DNA of 63,848 bases, the filler included, from Salisapilia sapeloensis CBS 127946 (taxonomy: Eukaryota > Protista > Oomycota), in NCBI GenBank assembly GCA_023334545.1. It is 10 parts of 10 records of this genome, joined end to end, with 100 filler letters (N's around TTAATTAATTAA, not from the genome) between each part and the next. Parts side by side here need not be neighbours in the genome. Positions count along the whole stretch, not along the records: positions 27,901 to 49,315 come from JAADVB010000285.1; positions 49,416 to 57,191 come from JAADVB010000509.1; 8 more parts are not named here. One strand, written 5' to 3'. Below are positions 44,687 to 55,552 of the stretch, piece by piece. Each line of letters opens with the position of its first letter. Within the stretch, counting starts at the first letter, position 1. The translations under genes and the position numbers were made by a program. Below the pieces are notes generated by a model. That model worked only from the letters and a program-made list of their open reading frames with translations. It did not search any database and was not told where the DNA came from.

Positions 44687-47138
44687 ATGGCGTTGTACGT
44701 GTGGGGTGCGAATGGAGCGCAGCAACTTGGCCTAGATGAAGAGGGAAAGCAGATTTTTGAAGTGGTATGGTTTTATCGATTTATTCCAATGATTTGGAAG
44801 GATAAAGGGGAGAATAGCTGATATGATACATGATAGCGCAAGGTGGATGCGTTTGCAGCAGAAGAAATTACGGACTTTTCAGCTGGAGAACATCATAGTC
44901 TTGCTGTGAATGAGTTTGGCGATGTATTTGCTTGGTACTTTATTTACAAATCCTCCTCTCGAATCCAAGTTTGTAAGATTGTGCTTGGTATAGGGGAAGA
45001 GGAAGAGAGGGACAGCTTGGATTGGGTCGAGAAAAGGAGGAAATCGCTACGCCGGAACGTGTTCCGGCTTTAGAAGGACAGATTATTGTCAAGACGTCAT
45101 GTGGAGACTCCCATTCGCTCGCGTTATCGGCATCGGGGTACTCCATCCATACCACAAGTATCGATAGATGCATCTAAATCCTTGCACACACAGATCTGTA
45201 TTCATGTGGGGACTTGTACCGGAAGGTCGAAAAGGTCAAAGTGAAGAAAAAATCGATCAAGAGTCCATCTCACTCGCTGGTATGGAGCAGCAGGATCCAT
45301 TGCCACAAGAGCAGTTCAATCGTCACATGGACAGTATCATGCAACGCCGCGTCGAGTCTTCCTATGCTCAATTTGAGACCATCAACGGCGCAGCACCAGT
45401 GACGGAGAATTCAAAAGAGAGAGAACGAACTGTTAGAGTTCCTTCCTTCTCTCCTCAACTATGCAAGTCTCTCAATAGCTATTACATTGTCAGCATATCC
45501 GCCGGGTTTGCACATTCCATGGCTATCACTTCCACCGGTACACTCTTAGCCTGTGGATACAATGACAGTGGACAGCTCGGCTTGGGCCATCGTCGTAACA
45601 TCTCGACGTTCGTCCAAGTCGAGACGCTGAAAGACTACTGTATCTATGACGTTGCTTGCGGTCATCAGCATTCCCTCGCGTGCACCTCCATAACCGAAAC
45701 GAATGCTTCCTCAGGTAAATTGTTTTCGTGGGGATTAGGAGCCTTTGGTCAATTAGGCACAGGGTACATTACAATCTCGTACGCTCCAGAGGAAGTACCT
45801 GGCATGACTGAACCAGTTGTCTCCGTTGCAGCTGGAGGCCATCATAGCGTCACTGCGACTGCCTCTGGTCGAGTATATTCCTTTGGACATGCAGAATACG
45901 GTCAACATGGTGTCAGCCAACGAGCACACGATTTAAATAGTGGTCGAGAGTACCTCAGTCCAAAGGTACAAAAGTATCTTGACGATAACAACATTCGCAT
46001 CTCTCGCGTTACTTGTAGTGCACACAGTACCTTTGGATTATCTTGGGACAACATTATGTATTCCTGGGGATGGAACGCTTTTGGTGTGCTTGGAAATGGC
46101 AAGGTGCAATTGTCTGTAGATCCGCAGCCTGTGGACAAGCTAAAGGATACTTCCGTCTCACACATTGGAGCTGGAGCGAACCATGCTGGTGCCATTGCCA
46201 AGGCTAGAGGATCACATTACTCTCTTCGTTACAACCGAGTATTTGATCAAGAAGAGTTTATCGATCTTGTCTTCATCGTCGGAGGCGTCGAACGTACGGA
46301 ATTAAAAGCGCATCGAGCGATTGTAGCGACGAGGAACTTGTACTTGAAAGGATTGCTGGATACGATGGAAAGAGTGGGTGAAATGGATGAGCATGGAAAA
46401 TTGGTTGTTGATGCGTTTGACGATGTCGACACGGCACTCTTCATGGCATTCCTCTTGTTCCTCTATACTGCTCGCGTATCGATCGCATCGCATCGTCGTA
46501 ACGCGTTGGGAGAACTTGCGAAGAGAATGCATCAGGATGATCTCGAAATGGAGTGTCAAGCTGCTTGGAAACGCACGACCAAACGAGATGCTGCGGCGGA
46601 GGATGTAGCGCTCCCATTCGTCCAGGCAATGGAAACACTCGTGCTCTCGCCTAGATACGCTGACGTGGAATTTCTGTGGCCAAATGGCGAGGACTACGAT
46701 GTCATTCCGGGTCATAAGGCTGTACTATCCCAAGTGGACTACTTCCACACGATGTTCACAGGTGGATTCCTGGAAGGGTCTACTCAGACACTTGAAGTGG
46801 ATACTTCCCAAGATATCCATCGAATCCCACTTCAATTCATGCCGCATGATGGAGTGACCCAAGATGCGTTCCGACTGGCGCTCGGCTGGATTTACACCGG
46901 ATCTTTCAAGCCTATAGAGCAGTGCGATCCGAATGAGCTCATGGATGTTTATGTAACCGCAAGCTTGCTTGGACTGCATGTCCTCGAAAACAAATGTGAG
47001 CTTCACCTGGCATCCTTACTACCACAGTTGGACGAAGCATCCATGAAGGCATGCTTGGACTTTGCGATGAACTTTGGCGCCCATCGTTTAGCGACAGCCG
47101 CCAAATCTGCAAGTGAAAAGAGAGAAATGAAGTCGTGA
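44687..47138 (+). CDS. RCC1-repeat and BTB domain protein, multi-exon
   Basis: RCC1 repeats (ISAGFAHSMA...CGYNDSGQLGLG, VAAGGHHSV...FGHAEYGQHG) followed by two BTB-like domains (KAHRAIV, GHKAVLSQVDYFHTMF). Start MALYVWGANGAQQLG at 44687. Confidence 0.88.
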
Positions 47139-47278
47139 AAACTTTTGCTAGTGTATTTGTCTTCAAAGAAACTGTGTTATTTCGGTCTTCAGGGTAAGTT
47201 GTGCTAGAAAATTTGAAAGTACGCGTTGACACTCGCAAGGACGAGACCACACTGAAACGATGACGGAAAGTAAGAGCC

Positions 47279-48385
47279 TTACTGGATCATGGATTTACTA
47301 AAGTCCCATGCTTTGGTCGGGTACAGTGAGTTAATGGCTTCAATGTCACCTTCGCTCAAGTCACTGCGCTGACCTAGATCGTCCGTCATCGTATCGTCAC
47401 ACATAGCATTGTCCGGGTCGATGCAGTCATCTTCTTCCGGGTCTTCGTTCAGATCACAGAATCGATCGGTCTTAGTCACGCACTCGGACTCAGCACTACT
47501 TTTACAAATCTTTGGGTAGCAGAAGCCGTAGGTTGGCGGATAGTGCATGATGCTGGATGGGTCGTATTCACCACCGACACTGACATCACGAATAGTAAGC
47601 TCGGACCAGAGTCCAGGGTCCACGTCGTCCCAGAAGACGCCAATGTTGCGTTGAGGGTGCTGGTGCTCATGGTACAGCCCAAGCGCGTGGCCGATTTCGT
47701 GCATGGCAGAGCCATACACAATCTGTCGACCGTCTGACTCGGTTTCGAAGCAACGGTCGGCTAGATTGAGCGGTTGAGCGCCGTCAAAGTTGATACCGAT
47801 AGAGCTGTTGCAGTCACGCCCGGTAGTCGGGTGTTGCAACTGGATATAAGTCGAGCATTGACCGCAGTACTTGCCAGTGTCGCCAGATCCGCATTGGCTA
47901 AACGGGAGGAATCGGACGTTGGTCTCGCTCTCGATGTTCGTCATGGCTTCGACAACAGCATCCTTCTGACTCTTCTCGAATGGCAAATTCTCATTGTATT
48001 GGTAGCAGACAACACCATTTTCCCAAATACGCTTGGACTCTACCACAGCAAGCGACAGTCGGCGTCGGCGCTCTTCTTCAACAACCGGATTGTCCAGGCT
48101 CTCCGCCAAGTCCTCGCCATTTGGGCAGGTGACGGCCGTCGCCGCTTCATGAGCATGCATCTCTTTGTAGCACGCGATCACACCCTTGGCGCAAGTCACA
48201 TATTCGTCGGTGGAATAGTAGCGGAGGGATCGGTGCTTCAGCGTCAATGCTCCGTCGTCACTCTCGCACCCGTTGATGTCGAAGGAAGTGGAGCCACTTC
48301 CGGAACTGCTTGCTGCCAAAGTGAAGTGAGGTAAAGTGGTAAGAGCAGCCACAACGAAAATAAGGCTCTTCATCATCGTGATCAT
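47279..48385 (-). CDS. Secreted astacin-family (M12A) zinc metalloprotease with a Cys-rich pro-domain
   Basis: Signal peptide; pro-region C40-x24-C65-x6-C72-x14-C87P; basic maturation site EEERRRRL; zinc motif HEIGHALGLYHEHQHPQR; Met-turn SIMHY. Confidence 0.93.
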   Translation of the reverse strand: MITMMKSLIFVVAALTTLPHFTLAASSSGSGSTSFDINGCESDDGALTLKHRSLRYYSTDEYVTCAKGVIACYKEMHAHEAATAVTCPNGEDLAESLDNPVVEEERRRRLSLAVVESKRIWENGVVCYQYNENLPFEKSQKDAVVEAMTNIESETNVRFLPFSQCGSGDTGKYCGQCSTYIQLQHPTTGRDCNSSIGINFDGAQPLNLADRCFETESDGRQIVYGSAMHEIGHALGLYHEHQHPQRNIGVFWDDVDPGLWSELTIRDVSVGGEYDPSSIMHYPPTYGFCYPKICKSSAESECVTKTDRFCDLNEDPEEDDCIDPDNAMCDDTMTDDLGQRSDLSEGDIEAINSLYPTKAWDFSKSMIQ

Positions 48386-48435
48386 TTACAGAAGTGGATG
48401 GTGTGAAAGTGGACGAGTACTAGTACTTCTCAAGC

Positions 48436-48454
48436 AGATAATCGAGAAGTGATT
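48436..48454 (-). promoter_or_regulatory. Inr+FPR-like core promoter of the astacin gene
   Basis: The minus strand reads AATCACTTCTCGATTATCT, about 50 nt upstream of the ATG; partial match to the oomycete Inr+FPR consensus. Confidence 0.45.
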
Positions 48455-48823
48455 GCCGGGGTTAGGATGAGCAAGGTCGTCGACGGGTGGATTTCGAATC
48501 GTCTTCTGTGCTGGATAGCTTACGCGATCGTACTACTCGTGTGATCGAATCTATAGAGCAAATGAGCTTTGATCGTTCTACTAGAGCAGCTTAAATGACG
48601 GCGGAGACAGCCTGCTCTATCTCTCTCTCCGTTAGCATTCGTAGCCGTCCCCAAATGGTGCAGAAGCATACAAAGATATAGTCGATCTGATAACGGATGG
48701 TTTCCAGGAAGATAACTGCTCGATATGCGGAAAGCACGACACGACGATGCGCGACTAGAAATTCCTGCCCGATTGTCTGATTTCCTTCACGCACTCGTTA
48801 AAAACACATAAGAAGAACCCGCA

Positions 48824-49150
48824 ATGTTCTCGAAAGCTTTGATGTTGGTGATGGCGCTGACGGCAGCGATGACCATGGGCACGCCGACGTTCCCCCGATG
48901 CGCTGAAGGTGGAAAGAACTGCTGCGACTTTGGAGAGGACAGCATGAGGAACCGTGGCTATGCCGTGCTTCGCATTAACGAAACCGACATCACGGTCACG
49001 TGTTCCAAGGGTGACCTCACCTGCTTCGAATCCAATTCGGAAATTCAGGGTGGTCTTGAAAGCAAGGAAGTTATTGAATGCCCTGAGTTCTTTAAAGAAA
49101 TGGAAACGGAGGATATCATCGATGGAATCAACAGAGCTAACCAGCAGTAG
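48824..49150 (+). CDS. 108-aa secreted Cys-rich protein homologous to the pro-domain of the adjacent astacin
   Basis: Signal peptide (MFSKALMLVMALTAAMTMG) and six Cys. LRINETDITVTCSKGDLTCF aligns without gaps to astacin LRYYSTDEYVTCAKGVIACY (10/20 identical), and both have a downstream CP. Confidence 0.85.
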   Translation: MFSKALMLVMALTAAMTMGTPTFPRCAEGGKNCCDFGEDSMRNRGYAVLRINETDITVTCSKGDLTCFESNSEIQGGLESKEVIECPEFFKEMETEDIIDGINRANQQ

Positions 49151-49315
49151 TTTTGCTAGTTTGGCAAGGAATGACTACTTGAAATAATGATGACCATGAA
49201 GGGATCACTTTGGGTGTTCTGGTTTGGACAAGTCTTGAAATACCAACGTTTGAATCTGTAACCTTTGATGTGGAAGTCCGTGAGTTTATTTTTAGATGTT
49301 TTCTCTTTTAAGGTG
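49136..49315. repeat. Right copy of the inverted repeat bounding contig 27901-49315; includes the last codons of the 108-aa gene
   Basis: Reverse complement of 27901-28080; exact over 49175-49315. Confidence 0.95.
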
Positions 49316-49415
49316 NNNNNNNNNNNNNNNNNNNNNNNNNNNNNNNNNNNNNNNNNNNNTTAATTAATTAANNNNNNNNNNNNNNNNNNNNNNNNNNNNN
49401 NNNNNNNNNNNNNNN

Positions 49416-49556
49416 GAAGAGGACACGCTGTCTGCAATTAGCTTTTGAAACGGCCGACGACCATCAATCCAAGTTCAGATTCCAGATTACATTTCCTCTA
49501 CCTAATCTCGATGCATCAAATTCGCATCCTACACTAAAATTTGCGATCTAACTTAA
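49416..49556. repeat. Left copy of the 141-bp perfect inverted repeat bounding contig 49416-57191
   Basis: Exact reverse complement of 57051-57191; identity stops abruptly at base 142. Confidence 0.95.
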
Positions 49557-50182
49557 CCATGCTGCAGCTTGGCTATTATTGCTTTGTGGTGTATTATTAA
49601 GCGGCATAGGACATGAAGTCGATCCTTTTGCTTTCCCAATCATCAGCCGTTGCAGCGACCAATTAACTGAACAGAAATCCAAGATTCTGGCCATTCCCTT
49701 GTAAACGTAGGTACAACATGGTAACTCATCTTTAATTGTCTTGCAGAGAGCCAACCATAGTCGACGTTAATAAACCCTCATATCCTATCCTAATACCTCT
49801 TGTGGCCCATTTTCGCCATCCTCTGTCCATTTTTTGAAAAATTGGGTGGCGTCTACTGCAGGCACCCATCGCTTGTCGATCGTACACACATCCATCTATT
49901 TCACCAATCATCTGTATTGAAGTATGCCTTTACTTTTCCCGCACAGTTTGTCATTATAGCGTACCCGCTATGTTCATTTAGCGGCTGCCTTCCTCGGACA
50001 ACGCGAAAGAGGAAGAATCAAAAGCGCTTTGGTCGAGACATCGAGATCCGGACCTTCTCCTCCTCTACTTCTCTCTCCTCGCGATCTCGACCACTTGTTG
50101 AAAGACGCCAATATAAATTAACACCTCGGCCCTTGTGTCTGTCTTAAATAGCAAGGGGAAATCGAATCACTCCAAGAAGAAA

Positions 50183-51805
50183 ATGTCGGACAACGACGCG
50201 AACGCTCCGATCAATCCAGAGCTCTTGCGCAGCATGATGGACTGCGTCGACACGAGCGTCTTCTCGCCGCAGCAACTTCACAAGTGGGACCAGATGAAAC
50301 AGCGCATTCGGATTGCCGCCGACCGGAATGAGCCGATGCCGGTCTCCCTCCGCGAGATTGACGAAATCCGCTCGTCTGCCGGACAAACGCAGCAAGTGCA
50401 GGAGACGACAAACTCTTCTCAGTCACTCCACCGGGAAGCTAGCATCCAGGACGTGCTATCTTGTTTACTCGACAACCAGCCGCCGTCCAATCGGTTACTC
50501 AGTTCTAACGGAAGTAGCTTTTTACTCAGCTCGGAGGCTAAGAAGAGCGAACCGATGAAGCAGACGGAGGACACGTTCAACGAAGACAATCGTCCGACGT
50601 TGAAAAGTTTGCTCAGTTCGAACGACTTTAGTATGACGGAGAAAAAGGAGAGTCTTCGCCACTTGCTCAGTTTCATCGACAACTCGTTCGCAAGTACGCC
50701 GGAGCCCATGACGCAGGTCTATCAAGACTGCCAGGACGGCAAGCTAGAGCGTCTGTCATCCCTTCAGCTCATGCGGCAGTTTATGCCGCCCACACATGCT
50801 CCCACGAACGGCAGTCAGATGGGCCGCACGACGAGCTTTGAGATCATCCAGGCAATGCTGAACGCGACATCTAACTCTGCTATCCAGAAACCCATGAGCA
50901 GTCAAGACAGTTTCCGATTCCAGCACTTGGCACGGACGTTAGAGTCGATCGAGTCGGACATGACGACGTACGATAACGAGGACTATGGCGGAGAGGAAGT
51001 CATCCAGGTAGATAACTTGGACAATCTCCTGGAATCCTCTGGGTTCGTCAATACGCAGAACTTGACGACCAACATGCAGCCGGACGTGTATGGATATCCG
51101 TCGTACAACTACAATAACAACAATGACTCCAACGTGGCGTCCTCGAACGCCTATGCGCAATCGTACGATCCTCCAAACATCAATTACCCCATGGACGCGG
51201 CGATGAAGCAGGAGATGCAACCGACGTACCTCCAGCAGCAGCAGCTGAGTCAGATGAACTACCGAGCAGCTCTGTTGCAGCAGCAGGCGCAGCAGGCGGC
51301 CAACGGCCTCCAGGCCAACTACGCCAATCCACAGTACTCTGCCATGCTGGCGCAGCAGGCCAGACGTGTAGGTACGCAGAATAGTAACAGAGGCAACGGC
51401 AAGGCGCCGGGCATGTGCTCGGCCTTGGGGTGCACCCACCCAGCACGAGTCAAGGGCATGTGCAAGCAGCACGGAGGCGGTCGAAGGTGCAAGGTCGAGG
51501 GCTGCATGAAGAGTGCACAGACTGGACACCTGTGCATTGCGCATGGGGGAGGCAAGCCGTGCAAGGTTGACGGATGTCCGAAGACTGCGCAGTCGAGAGG
51601 TCTGTGTAAGCAGCACGGAGGAGGCGTCCGGTGCAAGTTCGAAGGTTGCACGAAGAGCTGCCAGTCTGGCGGATTCTGTCGCGGCCATGGCGGTGGGAAA
51701 CGATGTGAGTACCCCGGCTGTTCCAAGTGGGCGCAGAAGAATGGGCATTGTGCCAAGCATGCGCAGGAGATAGCGCAGAAGATGCAGATGGTCCAGGGCC
51801 CCTAG
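50183..51805 (+). CDS. Protein with five C-x4-C...C-x2-HGGG zinc-finger-like repeats (WRKY19-like zinc-finger family) and a Q/N-rich region
   Basis: CSALGCTHPARVKGMCKQHGGGRRCKVEGCMKSAQTGHLCIAHGGGKPC... Likely start MSDNDANAP at 50183. Confidence 0.85.
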   Translation: MSDNDANAPINPELLRSMMDCVDTSVFSPQQLHKWDQMKQRIRIAADRNEPMPVSLREIDEIRSSAGQTQQVQETTNSSQSLHREASIQDVLSCLLDNQPPSNRLLSSNGSSFLLSSEAKKSEPMKQTEDTFNEDNRPTLKSLLSSNDFSMTEKKESLRHLLSFIDNSFASTPEPMTQVYQDCQDGKLERLSSLQLMRQFMPPTHAPTNGSQMGRTTSFEIIQAMLNATSNSAIQKPMSSQDSFRFQHLARTLESIESDMTTYDNEDYGGEEVIQVDNLDNLLESSGFVNTQNLTTNMQPDVYGYPSYNYNNNNDSNVASSNAYAQSYDPPNINYPMDAAMKQEMQPTYLQQQQLSQMNYRAALLQQQAQQAANGLQANYANPQYSAMLAQQARRVGTQNSNRGNGKAPGMCSALGCTHPARVKGMCKQHGGGRRCKVEGCMKSAQTGHLCIAHGGGKPCKVDGCPKTAQSRGLCKQHGGGVRCKFEGCTKSCQSGGFCRGHGGGKRCEYPGCSKWAQKNGHCAKHAQEIAQKMQMVQGP

Positions 51806-52046
51806 AGCATGGACAGGGTTTTGAACATCCAGCGATACCTTTGTTTTTACTTTGAAAAATAAAAAAGCTTTTTATTTGCTTTTCATCAATCGGTCACAAG
51901 TGGTAGCAATGCAGATTGTTGATGGGAGTGGACATGGAGATGGAAGGAGGGGCGAGTAAGGCAAAGTGTCTGGAGTGATGACATATGAGCTTATGGTCTG
52001 TACAATGACTTTTGCGTATACGTGTACTTGTTTGTCAAAGACCGAA

Positions 52047-53255
52047 ATGAGATCGAAGGCAGACACTCGTGCCTCTCGACCCTTTAACGACCAGCAGAGT
52101 CATGTGGAAGAAAGCAGGCTCCATGGAGAATGTCAATTTATGTGTCCACCGGCTGAAGCTGCTGATCGAATGACGCATAAAGAGTTTAGTCGCTTTGAAA
52201 CGCCCGATAGCATGCCTCCATCGCCAAGCACACTCGCTATTGATATCGACTTGGATATCGGTGCGTACATCGTTATTCACACGATGGTCTCGTCGTACTG
52301 ATAAGAAAATGCAGACTACCCGTATGCCGTGAAGAAGTATCGAAGAGCTGCGGCAGGACGTGAAGCTCCACGCAACGAAACCGTAGCGTCCTTCCTACCT
52401 CTAGACATCTCTTTGAACTCACTCGTATTTATTGTAGGTTCGTCCACCAGAAGTACTAGAAAGCACGCTATCCCATCTATTGGATCGTGTCCTCTTGTGG
52501 CCCAACTGTGGGTATGAGGACGAAACGAGTGCTATCGAGTCTGAGTTTCTGTCGCTCTACCACTTCATATCCGACCGTATCCGCAGTATCCGGCAGGACT
52601 TTACCGTCCAGCACTGTTCGAACGAGGCGTACGTTCACTGTCTCGAACGCATCAGTCGTTTCTACATCCAGTCCGGTCGTATCGCTCGTCAGGTCGTCCA
52701 CGCCACCTCGAACGACTGGAGCAACCGACTGAACGACGAGCAGCTCCTCTCCGCCCTCTCTCAGCTCCGCTACCTCTACCACCATCACGACTACAGCTCT
52801 ACTTTTTCGTGCCAAGAGTTTCTATCCTGTAGCCTACTTCTATCAGACGACGCTTTCGCTTCTACGTACGTTATTTCCTCTCCATCCAGCTATCCTTTCG
52901 CTAACTTTTTCACAGGATGCTCCTAAGATCTATTCCAAGTCATATCCTCCAATCCCCATCTCTACAGCTCAGTCTCCGCTTCTTTGTGTCTCTACGAACG
53001 TTGGACTGGCAAGAGACTCTGTCCATCTACCACCGCCTCTCTCTTCAGGATCAATCCCTCGCTTATCGCCACTTGCCATCCACCTACGAGATCGCGTTCA
53101 AGTCTCTATCCAAAGCGTATGGGAAGCAAGCGAAGCTGCCTCTCTCCACCCTCTCGACCTTCCTCCACCTCCCTCTCTTGTCCACGCAAGAGCTGTGTCA
53201 AGACATGAACGTCGTCCTCCAAGATGCGATGGTTCATTTCAAAGTAAAAGCGTAA
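52047..53255 (+). CDS. SAC3/GANP/THP3-family protein, multi-exon
   Basis: GECQFMCPPAE, AVKKYRRAAAG, LYHFISDRIRSIRQDFTVQ and HCLERISRFYI match the SAC3/GANP domain. Confidence 0.8.
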
Positions 53256-53271
53256 AAGAATCTCTTGTTTC

Positions 53272-55230
53272 TTATGCCTTAGCCTTCTTCTTCGGCGGAG
53301 GAAGACTCTCCAACGCATCAAAGCTCAGCTCGACCTCGGCATCCTTCAGGTCGTCCAGATCCTGATAGCTACGCGTGACGCTGCGAGGGTCCACCGGCAG
53401 GTCTCGCCTCGGACTCTCCCTCCTCTCTCTCGGAGCTCCTCTTCCTCGGAACGGCGACGCGTCTCGCTTCGGACGACCAAGCGTTGGTGCTGGAGCATTG
53501 TTCGTCGTCTCTAACGGCGGCATCGGACGCTCATCGTCTTCTCGGAACTGGTCCCACATGAAACTCTCTCCGACCTCTGCAATCTTGTCCACGACCAGCT
53601 CCGGATGCTTATTCCGAATGTGCTTCTTGACAAAGTCCAGCGCTCGGAAGAGTTTCTTACAGAGCCTGCAACGGTGCTTACCGTCTTCTCCTGCCTGCTC
53701 CCCATAGTTCTTGTACGTATTCTCCAATGCTTCCTCTTCCTTGCGTTCGATTTCATTTACTAGAGCCTTCTCTTTGTCCATCGCCTCCTCCGTGTGCGTC
53801 TCTTCCACGTGCGAGATGTATGCAGAGACCTTGTCGTCTAGAGAAGACGCCCAGCCGCCCATCTCGTCCTGACCCTCGGCATTGAGGTCCTTGGCAGTGG
53901 CTTCTGGACGGCAGAAGAGGGCTGGGTGAGAGTGCAGGATGTCGCCCATGTCTCGGCATTGGCTGCCGCCATAGTAGACATAGTAGTGGACGCGGCGGAG
54001 GTAGGCGATCGTCAGGTCCAGCTTACTCTTGTCAGAAGAGTAATCCTCCGACAGCTTGTCGTCTTCCAAGAGAGCATCAATGCCGAGTTGACTGCGGTTG
54101 TCAGCAGAGTACAAGACAGCATCGAGTGTCTGCGCAAGTTTCAAGGCTTGCTGCAAGTCATGCGTCAGACGAGACGGAACGCTCAGATATGAAGGAGTCT
54201 TTAACGGAGCTCGAGCGCGATGCGGAGACACTTGGAGTCGAATCGGAGGAAAGTTGTCTCCGTCCTGGACGAACGCGTTGTGGAGCTTCGGAAGAGCTTC
54301 CTTGGCTTCTTCCGCCGTCGCGTAGATGATGTAGGCGGATCTGTCGAAGTCCACGGCCGCTTTCTTCGCTGGATCCGATAGATGCAGCGACTCAAAGTCT
54401 CCGCCAAACTTCTTGATGGCGTCGTGCAGCGTCGAGACGGGGCACGCGCAGGGGATGCGACGGACGTAGAGCACACGTGCGCCGTCCTCCAAGTCGTTGT
54501 CGACGCTGCTCATGGCGTCTTCGTCCAAATTGATCTTGGTCGTCCCGTTCCGAAGACGTTCGCCGAGCGCCTTGGCGGCCGCAACTTGTCGCTGTTTTTG
54601 CTGTTTCTGCGCTCGATGGCGAATGGCAGGAGAATATCGCTCCTGCATCCACTCCTCCCGCTTATGATCTTCAAAGAATGCGCGCATCAGACGTTGCGTA
54701 TACTTTTTCTTGTACTCTTCATACCTAGACAGGAGGTTAATAAACGAAGAGAATGAGTACGAGAGAGTGTCTACCGTTGTTGATATGTCTCAGGAGCAGC
54801 ATTGTCGTCCTGACGCATGATAAACACTTTATAAGTATCCATGGGCTCCATCTGCGCAACTGCCTTCTTGCTGCCGGACGGAGTGGCCTTGTTCTGGTCA
54901 TCGAAACGACCGCGATGACGGTCTGGAGGTGGGCCACGGGTACGAAACCCACCCCGAGGACTCCTGCTGCGACTGCGATAGCCTCGACGAGGTGGCGGAC
55001 CTCGACCGCCATCCTGGTATGCAGGAAAGCCTCGATCTTCACTGCGTCGACCTCTGTTCAGGACAAGAGAGCTTAACACAATATCGAATAGTAGCTGATC
55101 GTAGACATACCGTTGTCGAGGCTCGTGTTCATACGCGTTGGGGCTTCGAGGATAGTAGCTGCCTCCTCTTGACGGCGGTGCGTCATTGTAGTAGGGTGGT
55201 GCTTGGTCGCGATTACCTCCTTGCTAACGT
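53272..55230 (-). CDS. SRRT: SERRATE/ARS2 RNA effector; multi-exon, first exon not resolved
   Basis: RS/RG-rich N-terminus, MDTYKVFIMRQDD...YEEYKKKY, FFEDHKREEWMQERYSP, an RRM-like region, and a C2H2 finger CRLCKKLFRALDFVKKHIRNKHPE. Confidence 0.9.
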
Positions 55231-55552
55231 CGAAAACACAGCGCAGAGACCGTCATAAGGACATTGTTAGTACTCTATAGAAACCATAGGTAGTCTACTA
55301 TCGGATGAGCTACATGACATGTCGCTCAAGCCACGTAGCGTCCGGTAGAAGGCAAAGTTAAACACACCATATTCAAGCTGCTCTTCCCCCCGCCTTTTGG
55401 ATTTGGCCTTTGGCTGGAAGTGCGTTCGTCACTAGTTATCCAGACACCTCTTCCTCTTTGTATGCATCGGCTGTATGCATATTGGATTATTACATGCAGT
55501 TCAATCGATTGTACCGTGTGTGTACCGATGAATACCATCAGTCGGCCCTGCC

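Noticed and set aside
48221-48232. RSLR (RxLR-like) motif after the astacin signal peptide
   Set aside because: It lies within the Cys-framed pro-domain, the homologous position in the small protein is AVLR, and no dEER motif follows. It is probably coincidental.
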